Below are positions 45,714 to 55,791 of a stretch of 64,000 nucleotides of DNA, one piece after another. Source of the stretch: a virus. Location: positions 873 through 64,872 of IMG/VR virus record IMGVR_UViG_3300019926_000010; one strand, 5' to 3'. Position 1 is the stretch's first letter; the number at the start of each line of letters is the position of its first letter. The translations under genes and the position numbers were made by a program. Below the pieces are notes generated by a model. It was not told the DNA's origin. It did no database searches and saw only the letters and a list, made by a program, of their open reading frames with translations.

Positions 45714-45979
45714 ACGATGCCGGGATGAAAACACCCGGCGATTATGACCGCTACCCAAACCAGCACGCCTCTTTCGAGGCAATAGAGGCCGCCAGGCCCC
45801 GTACTGGGGAATCTGTCGCTGGCAGATCCCCCTCAAATTGCCCTACTCGCTGAAGGGATGCTATCAGGCATCCACTCCACACGAGTAAACGTGCCCCGAC
45901 ACCATAAAGGTGCCGATTGAACAATGTGGTATGCTTTGATTAATGCGATGAACTATACAGACTGTTTATATAAGGGGGA

Positions 45980-45985
45980 TTTATA
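45980..45985 (+). promoter_or_regulatory. Putative TATA box of a leaderless transcript
   Basis: TTTATA about 26 nt upstream of ATG 46011; a second TTTATATAA lies at 45965. Confidence 0.45.
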
Positions 45986-46010
45986 CTCCTATACACGGGT
46001 AAGATTGAGC

Positions 46011-46613
46011 ATGGTAGATAAGGGATATGAAACTCACAGTAATGATGAGCCGATCCGAAAATGTCCTTACTGCGAGTGGGAAGGGGCGTCTCGTGGATTA
46101 ACGTTCCACGTATTGAACAAAAGCGACGAAAAGCATGATGAGAAATATGAACTGCCTGACGATTTTGAAGCATCTGAAGCCGAGATCGTCGGCTACGAGA
46201 ACGTTGATGTGGAGATGCCTGACTCCTACAACGTCGAACATAAAACCAGATATGTTTGCGATTATTGTGGGAAGATTTGTCGGGGGTCCGGTGGGCTGAA
46301 AGTCCACCTGCAACGTCTCGCTGGAGACGAAGTACATCCCGACGACGCAGAAGATCGAGAACCCGACTCCTTCCCACAATTCAAGGTCGGAGAAGACGGC
46401 CAACTCGTCCCACAAGACGATGCCTCGCTGGAGGTAGCCACAGGAGGCGCTGTTGGCGACGAGAGCGGATCTTTGGAAGAACAGGATGTCGTGCCCGTGG
46501 AGGAACTGGAACAGCTTAGAGACAGCTTCGTGGAGGAGGGAGACAACTATGACACTATCTCTCCCGGACAAGCCGCCCAACGTGTCCAGCAGATCATCAA
46601 CAAGTATCAGTAA
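46011..46613 (+). CDS. Tandem C2H2-like zinc-finger protein
   Basis: CPYC...GLTFHV...H and CDYC...GLKVHL...H. Confidence 0.75.
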   Translation: MVDKGYETHSNDEPIRKCPYCEWEGASRGLTFHVLNKSDEKHDEKYELPDDFEASEAEIVGYENVDVEMPDSYNVEHKTRYVCDYCGKICRGSGGLKVHLQRLAGDEVHPDDAEDREPDSFPQFKVGEDGQLVPQDDASLEVATGGAVGDESGSLEEQDVVPVEELEQLRDSFVEEGDNYDTISPGQAAQRVQQIINKYQ

Positions 46614-46754
46614 TCGAGTTTTATCGGAAGTCTTATAGTGCTGGATCACGTCTACTTGGTAGAGCGGTTATTCTCTCTTTCCGTCGTTGTAATACAGTGC
46701 TGTAATGCTGTGCTGTAGTGGGTACCTTCCTGACGTTAACAGCACCGCACTCCA

Positions 46755-46817
46755 ACTACAATATACAGCAACACAATACAGTACCTATTACGTATATTGT
46801 TACAATGGCGTGAGCGG
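46755..46817. repeat. 63-bp intergenic repeat, copy 2
   Basis: 58 of 63 positions identical to 19447..19509. Confidence 0.9.
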
Positions 46818-46864
46818 ATGAAGTCGGTTTGCTAACAGGATAACTGCTTTGACTTACTCTAACT

Positions 46865-47368
46865 ATGTCTTTTGACGAAGACCAAGGAACGAATGTTTCC
46901 TCTGGTACCGACAACGCGACTACCTTTCACGCACAGGATGCACCAAACACCAAACGACTCGATGGTCCCGCTGAAACGAAGCGAGAGCAGATGAAACGCC
47001 TGTTCACCGAGTATCAAACTGGTACTCGTAACGGGAAGTGGCGCGAAGAGAAGAAGATCCGGAAGCAGGATAACTCTGCCATGTTCGGTGCGGTTGCGGG
47101 TCAGCTCGAACTGCCTCGGATTCTCCGCGAAGAAGGGCAGAAATTCCTGGATGACATGAACCTCCGGGAGTACGGTCACCCGACTCGGCTTGTTGTGTTC
47201 TGTCTTTGCGCTCAGTTATACAACAAGAAGGCCGCCGACGAGTACCGCTACCACCCGAACCGCAACGACGACAAGAACCCTGATCGGTTCCTCGACCTCG
47301 CTGACGATCTCGGACTACGGTACAGTCAAATCATCTCGGTATACAACAAAGTGGGTCAGGATCTTTAA
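46865..47368 (+). CDS. Truncated TFB-like protein (linker + one cyclin-fold repeat)
   Basis: TTF...KREQMKRL...VAGQLELPRILREEG parallels the TFB pattern TTI...QREKMQRL...MASALGLP..VRETA (from memory). Confidence 0.55.
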   Translation: MSFDEDQGTNVSSGTDNATTFHAQDAPNTKRLDGPAETKREQMKRLFTEYQTGTRNGKWREEKKIRKQDNSAMFGAVAGQLELPRILREEGQKFLDDMNLREYGHPTRLVVFCLCAQLYNKKAADEYRYHPNRNDDKNPDRFLDLADDLGLRYSQIISVYNKVGQDL

Positions 47369-47493
47369 TGGGTAAAATGTCACCCAAGATTCCGTGCAGT
47401 GAGTGCGGTGATCGAGCGCGAAAACGATTCAACGGGAAGCTATACTGCTCGGATTGCTTCGATGACCTCGTTCCACTTGACTTCAAAGGATAA
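47368..47493 (+). CDS. Zinc-finger microprotein
   Basis: Manually translated as MGKMSPKIPCSECGDRARKRFNGKLYCSDCFDDLVPLDFKG; TAATG overlaps on both sides. Confidence 0.6.
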   Translation: MGKMSPKIPCSECGDRARKRFNGKLYCSDCFDDLVPLDFKG

Positions 47494-47732
47494 TGCCTCT
47501 CTGTAAATGCTGTCGTGATTCGTGTGATTGTTGTAAAAGGTGTGATCGGTGTGGTCAATCAATGGATGATAGGCCAGATCGTACCGAAAGTGTAGCAAAT
47601 TCTCAAGAACTTCTTGGTATTCTTATGGAAGTTCTCGGTAACGACCTCCAAAATGGAAAGTCGATACTTCATATCGACATGGATAACGACATTTCTAATA
47701 GTCAGAAAAAAATTGAGTTGGTTCTTTCGTGA
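47493..47732 (+). CDS. Cys-rich small protein
   Basis: N-terminal CKCCRDSCDCCKRCDRC. Confidence 0.55.
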   Translation: MPLCKCCRDSCDCCKRCDRCGQSMDDRPDRTESVANSQELLGILMEVLGNDLQNGKSILHIDMDNDISNSQKKIELVLS

Positions 47733-48202
47733 GTCAGTTCACGATAGTCGTAGATGGTAGAGAGCAGAAGGGTCACGGTTACACCTTCGACTCATGGCCC
47801 GTCGATACCGTCCGAAAGAACCTCTCTGACATGGGTTCTGAAGGTGATTACTCAATTGAAGGATACGAAGATCAGTTCGCAGTAGAACGAAAATCGCTCG
47901 GTGATCTCGCTACCTGTGTCGGGGCGAAGCGGGACGAACACTTCGAGCCGCAGGTTCAACGTGGCGTTGACCGACTTGACCGATATGCAATTGTCGTTGA
48001 AGCACCACGCTGGGAGATCGAGAAGGGGAACTACTTCTCTCACGTTCATCCGAACTCGGTCCTCGGAACGATTGACTCCTGGTCGAGGCCGAGTCATTAC
48101 GGAGTTGACTTCCACCTCTGCGACGACAAGTATAAGGCTGAGGTTAAAACTTATACACTGCTCGCAAAATGGAAGGATGAAGCTGATCGAGGTGTTCTCT
48201 GA
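47729..48202 (+). CDS. ERCC4/XPF-type structure-specific nuclease
   Basis: IVVDGREQ, GDYSI and VERKSLGDL (ERKx3D signature). Confidence 0.92.
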   Translation: MSQFTIVVDGREQKGHGYTFDSWPVDTVRKNLSDMGSEGDYSIEGYEDQFAVERKSLGDLATCVGAKRDEHFEPQVQRGVDRLDRYAIVVEAPRWEIEKGNYFSHVHPNSVLGTIDSWSRPSHYGVDFHLCDDKYKAEVKTYTLLAKWKDEADRGVL

Positions 48203-48203
48203 G

Positions 48204-48695
48204 TCACTCGGTTAACTCATTGAGCGGCGGTTTCACTGGATGGTTCCGGTCCTTTTCGCATACTGATTCTCGGTAATCCATGAACTCCGACATGAATTGA
48301 TCGTGGTGTTGGTCGAGAACGAAGTCTTCGAGGAGTTCAGTGTAATCTGTCTCCGGATCTCGACCACGTTTTCCGATGCACTTGTGGAAGAGCATGGAGT
48401 CGAACCACACTGCTTCCTCGAATTTTCCATCTTCCACGAGTTCCCACCCTTCATAGCCCGGTGATTCTAACCTCGGATAGCGACTGCTACCGGGCCTCAT
48501 GGTGAGATATACCTGATCGGCTACCTCGAATCGCATTGTGAAGTCCCAATCAGTACCGACTGAAAGTTCGTCGTCAACGTCGAGAAGGGCGGCGGCCTCG
48601 TCCAAGATGTCTTCGGTGATGTGGACGTACCGTTTATTTAGACCACTCGTCGTGGTGTAGAAGTGATACTCGTCGTGGGTGAATTTGTCATTCAT
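48204..48695 (-). CDS. Hypothetical protein
   Basis: ATG at 48695 (MNDKFTH) inside the track ORF. Confidence 0.6.
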   Translation of the reverse strand: MNDKFTHDEYHFYTTTSGLNKRYVHITEDILDEAAALLDVDDELSVGTDWDFTMRFEVADQVYLTMRPGSSRYPRLESPGYEGWELVEDGKFEEAVWFDSMLFHKCIGKRGRDPETDYTELLEDFVLDQHHDQFMSEFMDYRESVCEKDRNHPVKPPLNELTE

Positions 48696-48912
48696 TTTTA
48701 TTTTCGTACTCAATTTCTCTAATAGCGTCGAGTATGCTTCCAAGACACTTGATACCACTATCGGGGATGTTTTCCGTGCTACCTTCAATCGACCAAGGCC
48801 CGAAGGTTGCTACTTTATCCGTTTCTTTTTCTGGATTATAGGTAACTGTATAATTGTCAATCGTAAATCTCCCTTCTCCAGTTTCTTTCAATAGTTTTAG
48901 TTGATCTTTCAT
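48688..48912 (-). CDS. Hypothetical protein (AT-rich)
   Basis: Track ORF coupled to its neighbour. Confidence 0.55.
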   Translation of the reverse strand: MKDQLKLLKETGEGRFTIDNYTVTYNPEKETDKVATFGPWSIEGSTENIPDSGIKCLGSILDAIREIEYENKNE

Positions 48913-49201
48913 AATTAGTTTCTTTCACTCCTCATTTATAGCGAGAGCGGCGTCAAGGACTCGCTTTCGATATGAGGAATCTTCTTCTCCGTTCATCCGT
49001 AATACACCGTGCAGTTCACCAAGTCTTGTTAGTTCGTCTCCGGTTGCCGGTTCTATTTTAGGCACGTCAGTCATATTCATCAGAGAATGGACAGTCGTTC
49101 TTGGGGGTCGTATTCCAACATATACAACGTACACCTCGTACAAACGAGAAATCCGCAGTATATACACTTCCGTTCGTTGGTGTTAGTTTCACTCATTGGA
49201 A

Positions 49202-49588
49202 TTAATATTCTCCAGGCGGTGGACACCCATCGTCGTTTTTCTGCATGAAGCGATTAGCGGCAACGACGGCTTTCGTCATGCCTGATTCGCCCTTCCCGCA
49301 GTTTCCCTGAATGAGGTAACTCTCGGGTCCGAACGTCGAAGTAAACAACGCTCGCCAGTGACCACGATCCTCTTGAAAGTCAGCGATAACCCGGTATGGA
49401 GTTCCTTTGTACTGCCACTTCAGGAATTGCGGTACGTTCGTCAGTTGATGCCAGCCGTCGGGTGGTAGCTCTTCTAATTCACGTCCCGGTCGTGGTCCGG
49501 GTGGCCGGAACGGGATCTGTACGTAAGTCTCCCCGCCGCCCTTGTGTAAGGCCGCGGAGGGTTCGTCTCCGACTGATGGTAAGGCCAT
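49202..49588 (-). CDS. Hypothetical protein
   Basis: Track ORF in the operon. Confidence 0.6.
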   Translation of the reverse strand: MALPSVGDEPSAALHKGGGETYVQIPFRPPGPRPGRELEELPPDGWHQLTNVPQFLKWQYKGTPYRVIADFQEDRGHWRALFTSTFGPESYLIQGNCGKGESGMTKAVVAANRFMQKNDDGCPPPGEY

Positions 49589-49591
49589 TTG

Positions 49592-49792
49592 TCATACTTT
49601 TTCGACTCCCTGACCACACTCAGGACAGATCAACGGATCTTCCTTCGGTGTATCGAGGAGTGTTCCCCGCCAGTCACAACTTCGACACAGCACGTCGATG
49701 TCAGATGGATCGGGGTGATCTTGGTTCCACGGTGCATCTGAGTCGCTGATCGAAACTCCAGGTGGTAGGTTGTCTCCCATGTTTATCTCCAC
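49592..49792 (-). CDS. CPxCG zinc-finger microprotein
   Basis: CRSC...CPECG. Confidence 0.65.
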   Translation of the reverse strand: MEINMGDNLPPGVSISDSDAPWNQDHPDPSDIDVLCRSCDWRGTLLDTPKEDPLICPECGQGVEKV

Positions 49793-51579
49793 GGAGCCGC
49801 TTGAGGGATCGCCCAGTGTCGCGGCGCTCGGCCAGTGATCGCGTTGAGGATGTACTGTGGCGGGTTCACTCGCTCGATCACATCCCGGAACTTGTTGTCG
49901 ATCACGTAGAAGCTCGCCGCCTCCTCCGGTTCAGGGCCACGCACGGCTCGGCCTACCGATTGAATGACGTGGATCGCCGTTTCTTCGTAGTACCACTGCC
50001 ACTCTTTTTCTTCTTGGAGGAGGTAGGAGACTCGGTTGTCACCGACGTTGGCGAACGGCGCTTTCAGAAGTACCTGCCACCGACACAGATCGCCGTGCAG
50101 GTCAACGCCTTCCGTCATCGTCGGGGACACCAGGATGTCTTTATCGCTGTTCTGCCACTTGGCGATAACCGCGTCCTGTTCCTGGTCGCGTTGATGGACG
50201 ATGCAGTTGTCACCCAACGATTCTCCGACCCTCGTAGCTCGGGGATAGGAGACTGAGTGAATCAACCCCTTCTCTCCATCGTGGTGGGAAGCGATCTCCT
50301 TGATCTGTTCCATTGCGTCGTCCCAGTTTTCGTCTTCTTCGTCGCCGCTCATCTTCCCGACCATCGTGTTGATGTGGATTTTCCGATGCTCGACGGGGAA
50401 GGGGGTCGGCTTGTCGATGAACTTCACTTCACCTTCGAGGCCGATCCGTTCAGCCCACTTGTCCACGTTTCCACGGAACGGGATAGTGGCCGACGTGATT
50501 AGCCGACGGCGACCACGGGACCATACGAAATCAGCGAGGAAGTCGTCAACACGAACCGGCTTGAGGTGGATCTTCTTCGTGGTTCGTTCTCCACCAGAGC
50601 CAGGGATACCAACCTCGTTGATATTGACGACCCAACCTCGACCCTGAGCCACTGTTTGTTGGCAGTAGCGGATCTTTCGGAGGATATTCTGACAATCTTC
50701 AACTTCAGACTGCTTGTCCTCGATGTCCTCGTACTGTTCGATGAACTCCCTGATTCGGCGCTCGATCTCGATGACGACTTCCTCAACGTCCTCGTACCGA
50801 TCATCCTCCCAGTCCACTTTCTGCCCGGCATCACCGTAGATACCTTCCGGGAGGACCCACGGCGACAGGTCGAACCCGGCGAACATACTGGCCGACTGTC
50901 CCTCGGAGTTATGTCCCTCGTCAATCGTCACGAGGTCGCGGTCACCGAACGAGAGCTTCCCTGCTTCGTCCTCTTCAGGAAGGTAGTGATCCACGATCAG
51001 CATGGCGAAGGTGATGACTGCTGTGTCGTCTTCCACAGCTCGCATCTTTTCCGTCCAGTAGGTACAGTCAGGCTGTTGCCGACAGGATTCGTCGGATGAA
51101 GCCCGAACTGAACACTCGCTACAGTTATTACCGGTCACTCCGCAGGTGTAGTCAGCCCGAGATTTGAGCATCGAGACGTACTCCCGAAGATCGTCGTCCT
51201 CGGCCAACTGGTTCCGAAGCGACTTCTGCGGCGTCGTGTAGAACGATTTGCCGTTGTGAAGACCACTTATCTCGACACCGAAGTGATCTCCAACTTTTCT
51301 CTGGACCTTATTCAGGACCTTGATAACCCGACCGACGGTGACGTTGACTGGAGACTTCCCGATTCCAGTCGGGCCTTCGATGATGACGTTCCGGTAGCCA
51401 TCAATAAACATCGCTTCAAGCGTCTCGTAGAGAATTTCGTCCTGATATTCGCGGTAACCAGGGAAGGGAAAAAGAAAGTCAGCGAGATCGTGTAGGAAAT
51501 TTCGGAAGCCGTCTTCTGTTTCGTCGTACTGTTCTATCTTGGGTTTAGATGTAGCTTCTTGTTGGCTCTGACTTATCAT
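49783..51579 (-). CDS. Rad3/XPD/DinG-family SF2 helicase
   Basis: Q motif YREYQ, GPTGIGKS, Cys cluster, DEGHN, SAT, EGVD and QSVGRAVR. Confidence 0.92.
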   Translation of the reverse strand: MISQSQQEATSKPKIEQYDETEDGFRNFLHDLADFLFPFPGYREYQDEILYETLEAMFIDGYRNVIIEGPTGIGKSPVNVTVGRVIKVLNKVQRKVGDHFGVEISGLHNGKSFYTTPQKSLRNQLAEDDDLREYVSMLKSRADYTCGVTGNNCSECSVRASSDESCRQQPDCTYWTEKMRAVEDDTAVITFAMLIVDHYLPEEDEAGKLSFGDRDLVTIDEGHNSEGQSASMFAGFDLSPWVLPEGIYGDAGQKVDWEDDRYEDVEEVVIEIERRIREFIEQYEDIEDKQSEVEDCQNILRKIRYCQQTVAQGRGWVVNINEVGIPGSGGERTTKKIHLKPVRVDDFLADFVWSRGRRRLITSATIPFRGNVDKWAERIGLEGEVKFIDKPTPFPVEHRKIHINTMVGKMSGDEEDENWDDAMEQIKEIASHHDGEKGLIHSVSYPRATRVGESLGDNCIVHQRDQEQDAVIAKWQNSDKDILVSPTMTEGVDLHGDLCRWQVLLKAPFANVGDNRVSYLLQEEKEWQWYYEETAIHVIQSVGRAVRGPEPEEAASFYVIDNKFRDVIERVNPPQYILNAITGRAPRHWAIPQAAPWR

Positions 51580-51588
51580 TTTACTAAG

Positions 51589-52023
51589 TTATTGAGGTTC
51601 GTACTTCAGCGTCCAGCCGTCCCACTCGATACTCACGACACCGCAGTCCGGGTCAGGATCTACGTTCCACTTTGTGTCGCCGTCGTGGAACGCTTCTTCG
51701 ATGCACTGGATCGTTTCCCGAACGTCGTCACAGTTCTTCTCCCAGTCTTCGATGCTATGAAGATCGGAAGTGATGCCGCTCGGAGATTCGAGCGTGCTGT
51801 ACTCGAACCGATAAGTTCGAGTTTCTTCACACTCCCAACCATCACCGTACCGTCCTTCTGCATACTGACACCGTTCGTGGAAGATAGCCGCGCCGTCTTC
51901 GATGACTGGATTGTCCATGTCACCGGGACGCCACTCGTGTTCGTGACTCCGATCTGGCTGGTTGTACGGAGCGTTTGGATCTTTTGCGGCTCCCGGCGGG
52001 TAGTGCCAACCGAAGTCAGTCAT
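51589..52023 (-). CDS. Hypothetical protein
   Basis: Acidic track ORF. Confidence 0.6.
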   Translation of the reverse strand: MTDFGWHYPPGAAKDPNAPYNQPDRSHEHEWRPGDMDNPVIEDGAAIFHERCQYAEGRYGDGWECEETRTYRFEYSTLESPSGITSDLHSIEDWEKNCDDVRETIQCIEEAFHDGDTKWNVDPDPDCGVVSIEWDGWTLKYEPQ

Positions 52024-52447
52024 CGTTTTCCTCCACCTCAGATCTGCGTACAGCGAACCCGGACCAGCCGCTTCCGTCCGGTATTAGTTCATCATCCTTT
52101 ACTATCTCCACATCGTCCATATCGAGCGGCTCAACTATCTTGTTGACAAGCTCACGGATGGACTCGTTAGTGCGGGTGTCGGCCAGTACGCCGTCTTCGT
52201 CGATGTTGAAGAATCCCGGCGAATTTTCTCGGATGAGGTAGTTGGCGAAAATCCACGGTTGAACGGTTCCATCTTCACGGCTGAAGGAAACCATGATCTC
52301 GCCGTAGTGCTTTAGTCCCAGTTCATCTTCCTGTCCATCTTGGACTTTCCTCGCGTTCTCTTGATGCTCTCCGATGCTGTCGTACATGGCGTTCAGCACG
52401 TCCATGTCGTACTTGTCTGAGTCGGGTTCTTGTCTCCGATTGAACAT
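52016..52447 (-). CDS. Hypothetical protein
   Basis: Acidic track ORF. Confidence 0.6.
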   Translation of the reverse strand: MFNRRQEPDSDKYDMDVLNAMYDSIGEHQENARKVQDGQEDELGLKHYGEIMVSFSREDGTVQPWIFANYLIRENSPGFFNIDEDGVLADTRTNESIRELVNKIVEPLDMDDVEIVKDDELIPDGSGWSGFAVRRSEVEENDD

Positions 52448-52449
52448 GA

Positions 52450-52665
52450 TTATTTATCCGCCTCCTCCAGTTCTACCGCAAACTCCATGCCGATGAGCTT
52501 CGACAGAATCTCTTTCCGTTCCGAAAGGTTCAGGTCTTGATCGCTTTTGATGGAGAGGCTGAACCGCGCTTCGTCGGTATTTCTGTCTCGGGTTTGACTC
52601 CCTCCGTTGACTCTCAGTCCGATCTCGTTGTCGTTAGGACCGACTTCCCAGATTCCGTCACTCAT
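52450..52665 (-). CDS. Hypothetical protein
   Basis: Track ORF in the operon. Confidence 0.55.
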   Translation of the reverse strand: MSDGIWEVGPNDNEIGLRVNGGSQTRDRNTDEARFSLSIKSDQDLNLSERKEILSKLIGMEFAVELEEADK

Positions 52666-52806
52666 TGTTCAGCCTCGTGTCAGATTCGTGCATGATTTCT
52701 TCGCCGCTGTGCCACTTGAGCTTCACCCGATTGCTGTCGAACCGAGCGACTACCTCTGCTTCAACAGGAATTTCGACCGTATCTCCGGGTCGAAGGTCGT
52801 TCACAT

Positions 52807-53073
52807 TCATTCTTCTTCTTGATCTACTTCTGTCCAGTCTGCGGTCAGAGTTACCTTCGTCTCGAAGTGTTCACTATCTGGAAGCGGTACTACCATGTCT
52901 ATCTCGTAGGGTCCTAATTCAGGATACTTGTCGCTGAGTCCATCTCTCGTGAGATAGACGTGAATGTTTGAATTGGGACACACTTCGACAGCGGTGGCTT
53001 TTGTTCGCCTGTGCAAGAACTCTACTGCCCGTTTCTGACACGGATTGACGTATGGTTCTGATTCGAGATTCAT
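52807..53073 (-). CDS. Hypothetical protein
   Basis: Track ORF in the operon. Confidence 0.55.
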   Translation of the reverse strand: MNLESEPYVNPCQKRAVEFLHRRTKATAVEVCPNSNIHVYLTRDGLSDKYPELGPYEIDMVVPLPDSEHFETKVTLTADWTEVDQEEE

Positions 53074-53219
53074 GGATTCAACCCAATTTCAAGCTGTATT
53101 TTTCGGGTCATGTTCCCACTTTTCTTCACCGCACCGTTTGCACTCTGAGTACACGTCTAAGTAACCGTGACCTGCGATTCCACCGACGTACTTGTGACCG
53201 AGAAGTCTACAGAGCCAAC

Positions 53220-53591
53220 TCATTGTTCACCGAACTGTTCTTCGGCGGCCTCGATGAATTTCTGATCCCGGAGGTTTTCGTTCCAGTCACCAGCGAACTG
53301 TTTTACCTCGGGGAGTCCATCCTCGTCGTACTGCATGACTGAGGGATGCTGAGTGTACCGAACAGCCCGCCAATGATCGTCCTCTATCACGAAGACGATC
53401 TCCGGGTCCGACATCAGATCCCCTCGCTGAGTGTAGTAGTGAGCAACACTGAGGCGATCTTCCTGCACCTTCTCGATACTGAGATCCATCATTCCCGATC
53501 CCAGTGATTCGACCTTGATGTGGTCGCCCAATTCCATGTCTTGTGCTGATTCGTAGCCCGCAATCTCGATGATTCTCTTTACTGTTTCCAT
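53220..53591 (-). CDS. DUF6908-like protein
   Basis: MDLSIE...SVAHYYTQRGDLMSDPEIVF, recalled as a mobile-element family motif. Confidence 0.65.
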   Translation of the reverse strand: METVKRIIEIAGYESAQDMELGDHIKVESLGSGMMDLSIEKVQEDRLSVAHYYTQRGDLMSDPEIVFVIEDDHWRAVRYTQHPSVMQYDEDGLPEVKQFAGDWNENLRDQKFIEAAEEQFGEQ

Positions 53592-53593
53592 GA

Positions 53594-53854
53594 TTACATT
53601 CGCATTGCCGCGTACTGATTTCGACAGGTCTTACAGAGGTGTGACCCGTCGAACTTCCGTACCCTCGTGTGTGATCCACACTTTTCACATCCATTCCCGG
53701 TTGGAAGGAACTCGTAGTCAAGTGTGTGATCGTCAGTTGATTCGTCCATTATGATGCTCGTCTCGATGGTTCGGCCAGTGAATCTCCTTCCCTTTCGGAA
53801 CCGACCATCCGCAACCCATGACGGGACAGTAGGCGGTTCCGTTCTGATACTCAA
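53594..53854 (-). CDS. Zinc-finger small protein
   Basis: CEKCG...CKTC. Confidence 0.55.
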   Translation of the reverse strand: MSIRTEPPTVPSWVADGRFRKGRRFTGRTIETSIIMDESTDDHTLDYEFLPTGNGCEKCGSHTRVRKFDGSHLCKTCRNQYAAMRM

Positions 53855-53866
53855 GCTCGGAGTGAG

Positions 53867-54193
53867 TCATGTGATAATGACTTGCTTCGGGGTAACCCCG
53901 CTCTCCTCGATGACACCTGCCTTTTCGAGAATGAAGTCGATACCATCCTGCTTGCTTGAAACCGTACCATAGGTTCCCGCACCAGTCTCGGTTTCATAGT
54001 CGATCTGCCAGTCTTTTTCACCAGCCTTCACTGCATGAGCCGTGAACCCATCGCCGTTGATTGATACGTGTTTGTCTGAACGTTGCTCCAATTCTAACCA
54101 CTGTGATTCTGATACCATGTTAAGCGTAGTATTTTCCAACCTCTCTGTAATAACCGAGAAGGGCGGCAACCCACCACTCCTCGGCGGTTCCAC
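53867..54193 (-). CDS. Hypothetical protein
   Basis: Track ORF; the start is probably the internal MVSE. Confidence 0.5.
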   Translation of the reverse strand: MEPPRSGGLPPFSVITERLENTTLNMVSESQWLELEQRSDKHVSINGDGFTAHAVKAGEKDWQIDYETETGAGTYGTVSSKQDGIDFILEKAGVIEESGVTPKQVIIT

Positions 54194-54344
54194 CGTCTCG
54201 GGATGCTTGGCGTCGAAGCGCCTCGACCAGGATGCCGTCGGCGTTGATGTGACCCCAATCGCTTGTGGGGTCCTCGGAAAACGATTTCATCTGTTCGAGT
54301 AGTTCCTGGTCGGTGTACTCGCTGTAATCAGGAGTTCTGCTCAT
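54120..54344 (-). CDS. Hypothetical protein
   Basis: Track ORF. Confidence 0.55.
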   Translation of the reverse strand: MSRTPDYSEYTDQELLEQMKSFSEDPTSDWGHINADGILVEALRRQASRDGGTAEEWWVAALLGYYREVGKYYA

Positions 54345-55008
54345 GCCTGACCAAGTTCTCTGTTTGGTAGTTGTACGTCACTTTACCGTGGATCGGGCAC
54401 TTTATTTCGAGAACGCTCGCGTTGACAGAACCCGGTCCTTCTTTTCCACACCCCGGAACGGGGCATGATTCGTGGTTCGTGAACTTCATGTCAGGTTGTT
54501 TTCCTCAAGCCATTCACCGTAGTCGTGCTGTGTGGCGTCCCGCTTCTCGATGAAAAACTCACGCTGTCGAGTTCGGGCTTCATCGAGACAGTCAACACAC
54601 ATCTTCCCACCTCCGGGAACGATGTTACCGCAACGGGACATATTGACACAGCCACTTTCGTCACTGTCAGTCATTAGTAAAATTGGGGGCCAAAACTCAT
54701 GCCCCGTACTAAAAGTAAACACGACCCTCATTAATCAACCTGCCGATTTGTTCAATGGTTACCCGTACTTCCACGGTCGTTCAGGGCGACCGAGGGCGGC
54801 AACCAAGACCGGCACTCCAACGTAGAGGCTGATAATGAAGGATCTAATTGCGTGAGGGAGGAGTAGCGTCAGCAGGGGACCGGAGACAATGCCGATTATC
54901 AGCCAGACCTTAGCGGCGTCGGCGTCGAACTCCACGAGTCACCGCGATCATCTGTGCAGTCAGCCAGTCTTCTTTGTTCGTCTCCGAACCACAGGTGGTG
55001 TAGTGCAT

Positions 55009-55761
55009 CTACAGCTCACCGAGGTTCTTGTTGAGAGACTGTTCCGTCTCCGAGGGGATCGGGGCGCTGTTCGCCGCACTCCGGATTCGGTCCACTCGGT
55101 TGTAGAACTGTTCCAGTTCCGACCGGATACCTTCGGGAACAGCTTCCCGATCACCGGTACGGCGGCGTTCCCACTCGACAGCTTCGTTGAGGTGGAGCTT
55201 CCGGTCGGATGAACCGGCCATGTTCGACATTCCCATCTGGACGTGGGCCTCTTCCACGGTGACCTCCTGCATGGCTCGGTAGATGTTCCGAACTACCGGG
55301 GTAGGAATCTCCAGAACGCTCTCGAACTCGTGCTGATCCTCGAACATGGCGATGCCTTCCACGTCAGGGAAGTACATCACCAGCCGGGCCAGTTCCGAAA
55401 CACCACAGTGGCAGAAGGGTGAGAACTTCATCTCTTCTGCGAACTCCGTGGTGACGTTGAAGATGTCACGGATGTCGTGCTTGTTGTCCGAGTGACTGTG
55501 GTTCAGTCCACACACCGAACACTCGAAGCCACTGACACTGAAGGTCTGCGCCGTCTCCTTGGCTTCTGAGAGTGCGTCAGCGAGGCCCGGTGCTTGGTTC
55601 TCGATGAACTCGATGTTATCCTCGACCTGACTCCAATCTCCGTCCGGTCCTTCTTGATGTTCACCGAGGCTCCACCGCTCGACGCCCCAGTCCTTCTGTT
55701 CCGTCGTCGTTTCTGCGTCGGTACTATCGTCTCCGTCGTCAAAGAAGTCGTATCCTTCCAT
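55009..55761 (-). CDS. Hypothetical metal-binding protein
   Basis: ATG 55761 (MEGYDF); CSVCGLNHSH...H and CHC motifs. Confidence 0.65.
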   Translation of the reverse strand: MEGYDFFDDGDDSTDAETTTEQKDWGVERWSLGEHQEGPDGDWSQVEDNIEFIENQAPGLADALSEAKETAQTFSVSGFECSVCGLNHSHSDNKHDIRDIFNVTTEFAEEMKFSPFCHCGVSELARLVMYFPDVEGIAMFEDQHEFESVLEIPTPVVRNIYRAMQEVTVEEAHVQMGMSNMAGSSDRKLHLNEAVEWERRRTGDREAVPEGIRSELEQFYNRVDRIRSAANSAPIPSETEQSLNKNLGEL

Positions 55762-55791
55762 TGTTCTACTGCCTTGGTCCCCGATGGACCA

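Noticed and set aside
45715-45770. Possible D-armless tRNA-Met(CAT) upstream of tRNA-Asn
   Set aside because: It can be folded, but with a 6-nt anticodon loop and a TTTT T-loop; too weak to call.
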